NCBI GenBank assembly: GCA_964350165.1
Contig: CAYGJA010000003.1
Coordinates: 4,233 to 68,232, forward strand
Source: an uncultured Candidatus Saccharibacteria bacterium
GTDB taxonomy: Bacteria; Patescibacteriota; Minisyncoccia; Phycocordibacterales; UBA1006
Direction of reading: 5' to 3'
DNA: 64,000 nucleotides
Shown here: one piece after another, positions 19,431 to 29,950 of the stretch
How the letters are laid out: each line of letters starts with the position of its first letter
Numbering within the stretch: the first letter of the stretch is position 1
Notes under the pieces: generated by a model
What the model saw: only the letters and a program-made list of their open reading frames with translations
What the model was told of the DNA's origin: nothing
The model's database searches: none
Program-made: the position numbers and the translations under genes

Positions 19431-20045
19431 CTATACAGATAATAGAACGATTTCTGCTTCTTTTCCAACTAGGTCTTTGGGTTTAATTGTCCATTTGTCC
19501 AGAGCTGGGGTTTTGTCTTGGTTGGCTTCATCCAAGAGAACCTTGGTTACCAATTGATCGGTGGCGGCGTCACCGACGACCAGCACGTAACTAGGCGAGA
19601 ATGACTTGGCTAGATTGTAGACCTTGGAAGGTGGCAAACCTGCCCCGAGGGCAACCACCACAATATCAGCCTCGCCTAGTTTTTCTCGTGCTTCGGACGT
19701 CAAGGCATCCATACTGTCAATGTGTCCTAGCAACACAATCCTCATGCCTTCAAATTCCACCAAATAAGAAGTGTTGATCATTTTTTTCCCTTCGTATTCA
19801 ACCCAAGACATGGCCCCCAGAATGGGTATGTCTTGGATTTCGTAGGCGCCAGCACCGTCAACTACAAAAGGCACTTTGTCTCCATACGTGACGGCTTCTA
19901 AACCATGAAAATCAGGGTGACTCAATGAAGAAATCATGAGATCAGCTCCAAATTTAGTTTTACCGCCTGTTTCTGGATTATAAGCAATCGTAAAATCACC
20001 ATACTGCAACCGCAGGAATTGTTTTCCGTAAAAATTTACTATCAT
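19431..20045 (-). CDS. MBL-fold protein (Lactamase_B_3-like), metal motif partly degenerate
   Basis: MIVNFYGKQFLRL, ADLMISSLSHPDFHG, DGAGAYEI, EGMRIVLLG. Confidence 0.75.
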   Translation of the reverse strand: MIVNFYGKQFLRLQYGDFTIAYNPETGGKTKFGADLMISSLSHPDFHGLEAVTYGDKVPFVVDGAGAYEIQDIPILGAMSWVEYEGKKMINTSYLVEFEGMRIVLLGHIDSMDALTSEAREKLGEADIVVVALGAGLPPSKVYNLAKSFSPSYVLVVGDAATDQLVTKVLLDEANQDKTPALDKWTIKPKDLVGKEAEIVLLSV

Positions 20046-20236
20046 AGTGCGCTAATTATAGCATATTGCCTTGCCAAAGAACCAATTTTGGCTATACTGA
20101 CAGGGCATTAATTAGCAGCGGTCCGCAAGACCAATCGCCCCTGGAATAAACACCATTTGACTCGTTTCTGGCATACCAGAAACACCATTTGGCACCAGGT
20201 TCGATACCAATTGCCGCTTTTATGCGGTATTTTTTT

Positions 20237-21307
20237 ATGAACACAGACATCATGAACAGACTAACCGAAGGGTTAGAAGAAACAAACGAACTAGAACTCG
20301 AGCAAATCATCGAGGGAACTGTTATCAGTCTGGCCAAAAAGGCTGTTTACGTAGACTTGGCTCCACATGGAACCGGAATCATCTACGGACGAGAATTCCT
20401 CAATGCGCGAGACATTTTGCGCAACACCAGTATCGGTGATTCTGTAAAAGGAAAAGTCGTAGACATCGAGAACGAAGACGGATACATCGAGCTTTCACTC
20501 AAAGAAGCTCGCCAGGCACTAATCTGGAGCGAAGCCGAAAAACTAATGAAAGCCAAAACCCCGATGAAGCTCATCATCAAGGACGCCAACAAAGGAGGAA
20601 TTATCCTAGACTGGAACGGCATCCAAGGATTCCTACCGGCTTCTCAGCTTTCTGCTGACCACTACCCACGTGTAGAGGATGGCGACAAAGACGAAATCCT
20701 AACTGAACTACGAAAATTAGTAGGTACCACCATCGAAGTTTCTATTATCAACACCAACCGCAAAGACGGCAAGCTTATCTTTTCTGAAAAGGGTCACACC
20801 GAAGAAGACAAAGCCAAGCTTATCACCCACTATGGTGTTGGCGACGAAATGGAATGCGAGGTTACTGGTGTCGTAGACTTTGGTATCTTCTTGAAACTAG
20901 AAGACGGCCTCGAGGGGCTGGTTCACATTTCCGAAATCGACTGGTCACTAGTTGACGATCCTCGCAAACTATACAAGGTTGGCGACAAAACCAAGGCTCG
21001 CATTATTGAAATAAAAGACGGCAAAGTATCACTATCCATCAAAGCTCTCAAGTCTAATCCTTGGAGCCGAGTGGAAGGCAAATACAACGTTGGAGATATC
21101 GTGTCTGGTGTAGTTATCAAGCACAACAAGCATGGTGCCCTCGTAGCCATCGAAGAAGGCGTAGCCGGCTTGGTGCATGTTTCGGACTTCGAAGGAGAAG
21201 ACAAGCTCCGCCAAGGCCTAGAACTATCCAAGACCTACTCATTCAAAATCACCCTATTTAATCCAGGCGAACAACGCATGACGTTGTCATTCCAGGGAGA
21301 TAAATAA
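20237..21307 (+). CDS. rpsA: 30S ribosomal protein S1 (four S1 domains)
   Basis: Repeated S1 motifs GFLPASQL, DFGIFLKLEDGLEGLVHISEI, GVAGLVHVSD. Confidence 0.9.
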   Translation: MNTDIMNRLTEGLEETNELELEQIIEGTVISLAKKAVYVDLAPHGTGIIYGREFLNARDILRNTSIGDSVKGKVVDIENEDGYIELSLKEARQALIWSEAEKLMKAKTPMKLIIKDANKGGIILDWNGIQGFLPASQLSADHYPRVEDGDKDEILTELRKLVGTTIEVSIINTNRKDGKLIFSEKGHTEEDKAKLITHYGVGDEMECEVTGVVDFGIFLKLEDGLEGLVHISEIDWSLVDDPRKLYKVGDKTKARIIEIKDGKVSLSIKALKSNPWSRVEGKYNVGDIVSGVVIKHNKHGALVAIEEGVAGLVHVSDFEGEDKLRQGLELSKTYSFKITLFNPGEQRMTLSFQGDK

Positions 21308-21328
21308 ACCCTAATCAATTAGGTTCTT

Positions 21329-21360
21329 AAAAAACAGCCACACTCTTGTGGCTGTTTTTT
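21329..21360. terminator. Bidirectional terminator between rpsA and pth
   Basis: AAAAAACAGCCACA-CTCT-TGTGGCTGTTTTTT. Confidence 0.85.
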
Positions 21361-21367
21361 ATTTGAC

Positions 21368-21883
21368 CTAAAACGAGACTAGCGCTTTTTGAATTGGATT
21401 CAAGAGGGTTTTTAGGGTGGTGGTATCTTTGTCCTCCATATTCCGCAAGACATAATCACGGAAGTCTCCGGAGATGCTCTGTCGGCCCCCCTCGGGAGCA
21501 ATACCGATTCGGATCCGAGTGAAGTCCTGTGAGCCAAAATGGTCGACAATGGACTTGATGCCATTATGACCCGCATCACCGTGGTTACGGCCTGTTTTGA
21601 GGCTTCCTAGGGGGATATCCAGGTCATCGTGCACTACCACCAGGTTATTCTCGTCCAATCCGTACTGCTTGCGCAAATAATCCACCACTACGCCGGAGTT
21701 GTTCATAAATGTCTGTGGTTTTACCCATAGCACACCATCCACCTCAGCCAAATCAGCCTGGGCGTATTTGTTGAATTTCCAAGCATCAGCGGGGACAATT
21801 TGATCCGCAATAATCCACCCGGCATTGTGCCAGGTCTTCGCGTATTGTTCTCCTGGATTTCCAAGACAGATAATAATTAACAT
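21368..21883 (-). CDS. pth: Peptidyl-tRNA hydrolase
   Basis: LGNPGEQYAKTWHNAG, KPQTFMNNSG, VVHDDLD, GHNGIKSI, RIRIGI. Confidence 0.96.
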   Translation of the reverse strand: MLIIICLGNPGEQYAKTWHNAGWIIADQIVPADAWKFNKYAQADLAEVDGVLWVKPQTFMNNSGVVVDYLRKQYGLDENNLVVVHDDLDIPLGSLKTGRNHGDAGHNGIKSIVDHFGSQDFTRIRIGIAPEGGRQSISGDFRDYVLRNMEDKDTTTLKTLLNPIQKALVSF

Positions 21884-21908
21884 GCGAGTACTATACCAAA
21901 AATAAAAA

Positions 21909-21964
21909 CCTTTGAGGTTCATACAACAGAGACCGGAGTCTTTTAGTCATATGAACCTCAAAGG
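21909..21964 (-). terminator. Hairpin downstream of the 16S transcript, probable terminator
   Basis: 15-bp inverted repeat CCTTTGAGGTTCATA...TATGAACCTCAAAGG, followed on the minus strand by TTTTTATTTT. Confidence 0.6.
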
Positions 21965-22186
21965 CTTCTATGGGTCGAATTCAACATCACCTGATCACAT
22001 CCTTTGTTCGCCTTCTTACCATACACCATGTATGCACTTGTACACTATGCACACATGGATTTTTGCTTTTTTAACGATAAAAGCATCGGGCTGACGTTTC
22101 GCGTCATAACAGCCATCACGCTATTGCAACAGTGCAATAATCGACCGATTCGGCCTCAGTGAGCAAGCTCATCTGGGCTTTATATC

Positions 22187-23644
<1,458 letters not shown>

Positions 23645-23841
23645 GATGAACCATAAATGGTTCATCGTATAGTAAGAAGACGAACAAAAAATGTCATTCG
23701 CCAACTTAATCAAAATTAAACTGGATTGTTTAGACTCTCTCCGGCGAGAGAGTCTGTGATGCTGAATTGTCAAAGTCCTTCGCGACCCATTCGTATGGGG
23801 CAATTCAAAAGAAAAGACCCACTGCAATCAGTCGTGTGGCC

Positions 23842-23869
23842 AGTATATAGAGTTACAGAAATGTGTCAA
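23842..23869 (-). promoter_or_regulatory. Sigma70-type promoter of the 16S gene
   Basis: TTGACA-N16-TATACT on the minus strand about 200 nt upstream of the 16S. Confidence 0.8.
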
Positions 23870-23931
23870 GAAAAAACACCTCAAACCGAATAAACGGCCT
23901 GAGGTGTTTTAATTATTCTGATTTATTTATA

Positions 23932-25110
23932 TTATACGTTATCCATTTCTTCATAGGCACTCCATCGCACGTACCTACGGATGCGCATAATTTGACTGAC
24001 AAGCAATGCCACCAAGAGGGTGGCCAAGAAACCAAGCGTCGCCTGCACTCCGAGGGATGGTGGAACCTGAGCAGACTGGACAAATATCAACGCCACTGTG
24101 GCATTAACTCCAGCAAACACAGACATGAGTAACGGCTCACGCACCGAGGCATCTTGGTACTTCGGATCGATCTCTATATTGCGTCGTCGAGCAATGTATC
24201 GAGTCAACAAAAAACCGCCCGTAATTCCAATAACCTTACCACCAAAACCACCAAGCATTGTGGTTAAAAACACAGACCCGATCTGGATATCCTCTACCGA
24301 AAACAAAGTGGCCTGCACCCCAAAATAGAATAAAAGAATATTGACAACCCCTTTGATCCAAGAATCCAGCTTATGCTTGATTTCTTCGGGGGCAAACAAA
24401 ATCACCAAACACCCGCCCACCTCTGCATGAAGGCCAGCTGCATACATGGAGGCGATGCCGCCAATAGCCAGAATCATCCAAGCGATAGTGCTTTTCCTGA
24501 GTCCTGTCAAGACAGGTAAAACATTAACCGCAACAACAGTAAAAGCAACCGCCAAACAAGCGATTAGCCCTAGAATATTGACATGTGCAGCGTGGAGCAG
24601 GGCAAGTACTAATACACTTCCCAAGTCGTCGCCAATCGCGAGCATTGTAAGCATTGTTACAACCAAGTAGAGCTGCTTACTCAGATGTTCCTTGTTGCTC
24701 GATGAGGCAATAAAGGCTCGGTAGACACTAATTGACAAAGCCACATCAGTGGCAGCCCCCCCAAGACTGATTCCTAGTTGCTGACTCACCGTCATGCCAA
24801 TATTTAGACTATGGAGCACCGCATAGATAACAAGCGGCGGTACAACAACCCCACCCAAAATAGCACCTCCCATGACTAGACCACCTTCTTTTATCTCCGA
24901 GAGCTTGACATGAGTCCCCAGATGGGTAAAAAAAGACGATAAAATCAGAAACAAAAGCACGGTGTTTAGTTCCGAGGAACGATAAACAAACGCCGCGTCA
25001 GGTTTTTTAGTAAAAAAAACCAGGTAGGTTATTATTAAACCTACTACTAGCCCAGCCAGGGCGAGAGGAGCGTCTGCCACTTTGGTATGGAGCTCATTCT
25101 TTTTTCCCAT
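23932..25110 (-). CDS. nhaA: NhaA-like Na+/H+ antiporter (divergent)
   Basis: GGVVVPPLVIY, AATDVALS (cf. ATDIAF), LAIGDDLGSVLVLAL (cf. LAIIDDLGA), GGKVIGI. Confidence 0.75.
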   Translation of the reverse strand: MGKKNELHTKVADAPLALAGLVVGLIITYLVFFTKKPDAAFVYRSSELNTVLLFLILSSFFTHLGTHVKLSEIKEGGLVMGGAILGGVVVPPLVIYAVLHSLNIGMTVSQQLGISLGGAATDVALSISVYRAFIASSSNKEHLSKQLYLVVTMLTMLAIGDDLGSVLVLALLHAAHVNILGLIACLAVAFTVVAVNVLPVLTGLRKSTIAWMILAIGGIASMYAAGLHAEVGGCLVILFAPEEIKHKLDSWIKGVVNILLFYFGVQATLFSVEDIQIGSVFLTTMLGGFGGKVIGITGGFLLTRYIARRRNIEIDPKYQDASVREPLLMSVFAGVNATVALIFVQSAQVPPSLGVQATLGFLATLLVALLVSQIMRIRRYVRWSAYEEMDNV

Positions 25111-25230
25111 GATTCAATTGTTAGAGTGAAACTTGCAGCGAAAAATACGCCCTGATGGCGTATTTGTCAAAAATTTTTTTCTACAACACAAAACCGCGCT
25201 CGAAATGAACGCGGTTTTTTATAAAAAAAT

Positions 25231-26793
25231 TTATACCTTCACCCAAAACCCTTCGTCGGGAAAGGGTCCGGGTATTTTTTTGAACCCAAAGTCGCCCAGA
25301 TCATAGGTGACCCCACCCATCTGGGCCTCGAGGTCTGGCCAACACAGGACCACCCCCCCAGAGGGGACCACTCGGGCTATGTTCGCGAGCAGACTGAGTC
25401 GGTAGAGCTCATTAGGACCCTTTTCTGGGACACTAATGTCATCCATGCCGCCAAGGATGACTATCGGCAAAGACTCGTCTGCAGCCTCTACTAGATGGGT
25501 GAGCATGTCCCCATTTTGAACACTGATCTTGGGAGTAATCATCTTGCTCTCTGCATTGATATCAACCCCCACAAATTCTGCCTGCGGGGCATATTTTTGA
25601 AGGGTTTCGGCGAAACTTTTGAACTCCTCCTCTTTAGACCCACAAGCCAGAGTAGTGATTACTCGAGCTCCAGAGAGGGTTTTTTTCAATATTTGGGCAC
25701 CCTCTTTTTGTTCAACGAGGATTCTATCAAAATACCCTTTGTCGTACCCTTGCCCCGAATAAGACAAGAGAGGAGGTACCAGGTTCGAACGCGCCTCGCT
25801 CAAAGACGGGATTTGAACTTCATCCAATTCTCCCAAAAAAGCCCGCAAGGTGCTTCCTAGTTTTACCCAGGACTCCTCCCCGCTTCGTCTCAGCCAGCGA
25901 GAGACTTCCATAACTTGTGACCAGCTGCCTTTAACCCCCTCCATAATTTGTTCGCCTTTGTAGTAGGCGGTGCCTATCACAAGAAACCCGATGATGGCCT
26001 CGACCTGATCGGGACTAAGCTTGGGGCCCCTGGGTTCTCTCTCTTGAGAATACTCCTCTAGACCCCTCATCAGGTCGTTATCTAGAGCGTGGTTCCAGAT
26101 ATCATCTAGCTCCTGACGCTCCTTTTCGTCAAGTTCTTGGGCCAACAACGTTCCAGCCGTTATCCCAACTGCGGCTGTCGTCGCGGTCCCGTATCCTTCC
26201 ACCACCCCCCTCACATACTCTCGCAAACCCAAACCCATCACGGTGAGGGTAAAAGCTCCGGCGGCTGCGAGGGCAGGTCTAGAGTCCCGCATAATCAGGG
26301 TGGTGGCCAAAGCCTCTTCTGTGGCCATCTTTCCAACGCCATCCATAAAATCAGTTGGAGTTAGAGGAAGAGCCTCGGCCACTTCCCAAACGGTAGTGTC
26401 TTGCAAGAACTGCAGGTCCACCATAACCACTGGCTGGTGGTTTTTGGGTGGATTCGTGGCCGTCTTGTACAGACAAACCCATTGTGGTTCGCCTGCTTCA
26501 TTGATCCCGCTCATCCAGAGCGTATCAATGGTTACGGGCCCCACCGACCTGGTGGTACCCCCCAGAATATGGTCCAAGTGGGCTGTCACCCCACTTTGGG
26601 CAATTTGCCGAGTGGTCTGGGCCGAAGCCGCTAGAGGGACATAGACCCTGCTGGCAGCCCCGGGACACTTTGCACACCTGTTTCCCGCGGTCCCAAAGGG
26701 GACCTGGGCTAGGGTGGTCGTAGATAGAAAGAAAAGCAAGGTGGCCACGAGGGTGGCCGAGCGGAGGAAATTTTTTTTTTCCATTTTTTCCAT
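25231..26793 (-). CDS. Secreted protein: shared N-terminal domain + C-terminal class I SAM methyltransferase-like domain
   Basis: Signal peptide TTTLA|Q; C-terminal VITTLACGS, FVGVDIN, VQNGDM, LLANIARVVPSGGVVL follow MTase motif order. Confidence 0.7.
   Translation of the reverse strand: MEKMEKKNFLRSATLVATLLFFLSTTTLAQVPFGTAGNRCAKCPGAASRVYVPLAASAQTTRQIAQSGVTAHLDHILGGTTRSVGPVTIDTLWMSGINEAGEPQWVCLYKTATNPPKNHQPVVMVDLQFLQDTTVWEVAEALPLTPTDFMDGVGKMATEEALATTLIMRDSRPALAAAGAFTLTVMGLGLREYVRGVVEGYGTATTAAVGITAGTLLAQELDEKERQELDDIWNHALDNDLMRGLEEYSQEREPRGPKLSPDQVEAIIGFLVIGTAYYKGEQIMEGVKGSWSQVMEVSRWLRRSGEESWVKLGSTLRAFLGELDEVQIPSLSEARSNLVPPLLSYSGQGYDKGYFDRILVEQKEGAQILKKTLSGARVITTLACGSKEEEFKSFAETLQKYAPQAEFVGVDINAESKMITPKISVQNGDMLTHLVEAADESLPIVILGGMDDISVPEKGPNELYRLSLLANIARVVPSGGVVLCWPDLEAQMGGVTYDLGDFGFKKIPGPFPDEGFWVKV
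26196..26759. repeat. 564-bp perfect direct repeat, copy 1
   Basis: Compared line by line with 31273-31836: no mismatch seen; offset 5077 bp. Confidence 0.95.
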
Positions 26794-26939
26794 AAGTACA
26801 GATATATCGGAATTTTACCCTTCCGATGGGGTTTTTGATTTAGAATGAGGTGTACGTTACATTTGCTTGTTTGTCAATATAAAAAACACCCTGCACAGTA
26901 TTATTTTGCAGGGTGCTGGCTTGTTTTCACAAGCATATT

Positions 26940-29750
26940 TTAGGGCCAAAACAAGTAGCCCTTTCTTTGCATGGGAGGAAGCGGGCTACCCCGATCTTCG
27001 AGATCTTCCATATCCAATACGTAGACAAATTTTTTGCCTTTTGGATATCGAAAACTGAAGACAAGGTCTCCATGTTCCGTCCCCTCTAGAGCGCTCAGGC
27101 CCCTCTTATCAAAGACTCCGAATAGACTAACCTTCATCTGCCAAGTAGCTGGCAAATGAATACAGCTTTTCTTCTTGAGAATCTGTTTGGAGATCTTTCG
27201 AACATCTTCTAGATACTCGCCATCTTCGGCGACAGTGTAATCCCAAAAGAGCTCATCTCGAACAGAGCCTAGACCCCAATCCAGGATCTTTAGCTCGCCG
27301 GTGGACACAGAAACAAGGATGTTCCACAGTCTGATATCGCCGTGTGCCACCCCAATTTTCTTCATTTTGTCTTGGAGATCATTGGCAAATTCTATTGCCT
27401 TTTGACCATCCAGTAACCCCTCTTCGACGGCTCGATTGAAAGGAAGATATCCACTCATTCGTTCCATAAAAAGATAGGACTCTCCGGTTGAAAGCCGAAC
27501 CAAACCAAAAGGCTTTGGAGTGGCTATTTTTCCCTCATAGGCCAAGCTTTGGCGTTGATACTCCGCCACGGGCCCTCCTTTGACCAAACGATGGCCAAAT
27601 TTGAACCTTTTGGCCACTACGCCCATATCTTCAAAACCGTACATGACGGAGGAGACTCCCCCGTTGGCGGTGTCGGCCAGTTGATAAGCCGTTCCTCCCG
27701 GCTGAATCTGCTTGAAAAAATCAAGCAAATCTTCCTTATCGTACCCATGATCAAAACCAGAGACATCAACATATGTCTCCACTGGGCCAAATCCAGACAA
27801 AGCAAGTCTGGTTACGGTGTTCCCATGACCACGCAGATAAAACATCTCCATGGTAACTCGGTTGACCAGGAAGCCAGCCTCTTCTACTCCCTCGAGGAAG
27901 AAGAAGACAAATTGGCCCGCCTTCTTGGCTCGGAGCTCATTACCGGCGTCGACACTTAAACCAAACCTGCTAAGGATACTTGCTTTTATAAACGAAGCAG
28001 TAACCTCTGTTTGGCCTTTCTTTCGGGGCAAATCCTCGACGTAGAATGCCTCGGATTTTCCGAAATTAACGGGTAGAAGGAACCGACTTCGCTCCAGGTC
28101 TTTTCCTAGGGCCTGTCTAAGAAGGGCTACGCCCCCGTCGGCAAGGGCCTTTTTTTCTGCTGGAAACGACTGCAGTTTCCACTGCCGGGAAAGTTCCAGC
28201 AGGTTTTGATAAAAAACCTGGTCAATTCCTGCAACATCACCCCTTCTTCTGTCTAACTCATTGACAAGAAGGCGGAGATTATGCCCGCGAACACCCTCTC
28301 CCAACACATGCGACCAAGCATACAGATACCGGGTCGTCTTGCTGTCGAAAGACACGTCCTCATAAAAGAACTCTTGAAACCACATCTCCCAAATGTAGTT
28401 CCCGTTACGAAAACGCCAGTGAAAAGATTCGGCATTCCCTGACTCCAAAATCAACCCAGCCATGTATTGGCTGATCTCGCTTTCTTCCCAGGTCCTGACA
28501 CCTTGAGAAGTGAGACTGACCGAGTAATCAACCTCTATCACTCTGTGGCTGACATACTCTCCAAAGAGACTAATTCGCTCTAACAGTCCTTGATATCGGG
28601 GATCGTAGAGCGAGTAAAGCTCTTCGGCCAGAAAGAGGTTCGCCAGAGCTTTAACCGCTCCCCAAGAAGAAATTCCTGGCTTTTCCGGGTCTGGATCATT
28701 TTGGCGATTCCCTTTGTGTCTAAGTACACGCCGGTAGGCATCCAGGGCCCTTTGGATCGCCTCTCTGTTCTTCTGATTGGTAATTTCTTGCCGCAGAAGC
28801 TCCTCTAGCGCCTGACTGATGTCGGGAAGATCTTCTCCTATTCGCCTAGACACTTCTTCGTCCCCCATGCCACGGAGACGCTCGATGGTAAGGCGAGCTG
28901 CTTCTGTGCCTCCAGACAAGAGGGCTGCATTGCGTGCTGCCCACTCTCCGAAACGGAAAATGTTATGCCATAGAATCTGGGCATCGACTTCGTCGTACAT
29001 TCTCCAGGCAACGTAGGTAACCGGTGCGGCCACCACACAAAAAGCCGCTGTGGTCATAGTAGTTGCTCCAGTCGTCGCCACAATATCCTTAAGGACCATT
29101 TTTCCAGCCTGGAAAGCTAGAATTCTTACAACCACACGCTGTGCTAAAGCTTCTTCTAGCCCGAACTGCAGGTATGTTCCAAGGATAGGCGCATTAGCAA
29201 AAGCCATTGAAGCCGGATAAGGGCTTCTTTTTTGCTCGAACTCCCACTCTGTTGAGTTTATTCTTACATAAACCCCCCTTGATCCTTCTTGGCCAAAATC
29301 TCTTGGCCGAAAAGGCTCTCCCGAAAGAGTAAAGACTAGACGATTTTGTCCGTCAATGACCGGCCGAGGTGATTCTCCGGAGAACTCCTCCATAATGAGC
29401 TCTGGGAAATAAAAAGTCGCCCCAGCGGAGGAATTTTCGTTTTTCGTTCTGATGAACGAAAAACTCGTGTCTGGCCCAGTATTCTGAGCAAAAACTATCC
29501 CACCCATCTGCATTACCCAAGTAGGGTGTAGTTCAGACAAGGGCACCCCAACTAAGGTGGTGTCACCCCCCTCCTTCTCTTTCATTTGACCCACAATCCA
29601 GTCTCCTGGAAAGAGCTGGATTTGTTTGTCTTCTTCCAGAAAGGTCATACGGCCTGAGTCATGCGCGAACGCATAACCGCCAACCAAAAAAAGTCCTACG
29701 AGCAGAATCCCTCCTGCGAGGACAAAAGAGAATTTGTTCTTATGTAACAT
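26940..29750 (-). CDS. Large secreted protein with C-terminal protein-kinase-like domain (RIO/Bud32/Kdo/APH-type fold)
   Basis: Signal peptide ending GYAFA; NGGVSSV, VVAKRF, YLFMERMSG, VAHGDIRLWNILV, KILDWG. Confidence 0.75.
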   Translation of the reverse strand: MLHKNKFSFVLAGGILLVGLFLVGGYAFAHDSGRMTFLEEDKQIQLFPGDWIVGQMKEKEGGDTTLVGVPLSELHPTWVMQMGGIVFAQNTGPDTSFSFIRTKNENSSAGATFYFPELIMEEFSGESPRPVIDGQNRLVFTLSGEPFRPRDFGQEGSRGVYVRINSTEWEFEQKRSPYPASMAFANAPILGTYLQFGLEEALAQRVVVRILAFQAGKMVLKDIVATTGATTMTTAAFCVVAAPVTYVAWRMYDEVDAQILWHNIFRFGEWAARNAALLSGGTEAARLTIERLRGMGDEEVSRRIGEDLPDISQALEELLRQEITNQKNREAIQRALDAYRRVLRHKGNRQNDPDPEKPGISSWGAVKALANLFLAEELYSLYDPRYQGLLERISLFGEYVSHRVIEVDYSVSLTSQGVRTWEESEISQYMAGLILESGNAESFHWRFRNGNYIWEMWFQEFFYEDVSFDSKTTRYLYAWSHVLGEGVRGHNLRLLVNELDRRRGDVAGIDQVFYQNLLELSRQWKLQSFPAEKKALADGGVALLRQALGKDLERSRFLLPVNFGKSEAFYVEDLPRKKGQTEVTASFIKASILSRFGLSVDAGNELRAKKAGQFVFFFLEGVEEAGFLVNRVTMEMFYLRGHGNTVTRLALSGFGPVETYVDVSGFDHGYDKEDLLDFFKQIQPGGTAYQLADTANGGVSSVMYGFEDMGVVAKRFKFGHRLVKGGPVAEYQRQSLAYEGKIATPKPFGLVRLSTGESYLFMERMSGYLPFNRAVEEGLLDGQKAIEFANDLQDKMKKIGVAHGDIRLWNILVSVSTGELKILDWGLGSVRDELFWDYTVAEDGEYLEDVRKISKQILKKKSCIHLPATWQMKVSLFGVFDKRGLSALEGTEHGDLVFSFRYPKGKKFVYVLDMEDLEDRGSPLPPMQRKGYLFWP

Positions 29751-29950
29751 TACGTTAACTGGTCCCGATTTTTCCCTCGTGACTAAGGGTTTTGTTTTTA
29801 AAAGAAAAACCGACAACAGTCGGCATGTTTAAAAAATAAAACCTTATTTAGGTCTGTATGTCAAATATCCCTAAACAAAAACCCGCTCATAATAAAAAAT
29901 ACCAAAAAAGCCATGCACGATGAGCGCACGGCTTTTTAAAACTCAGCCCA

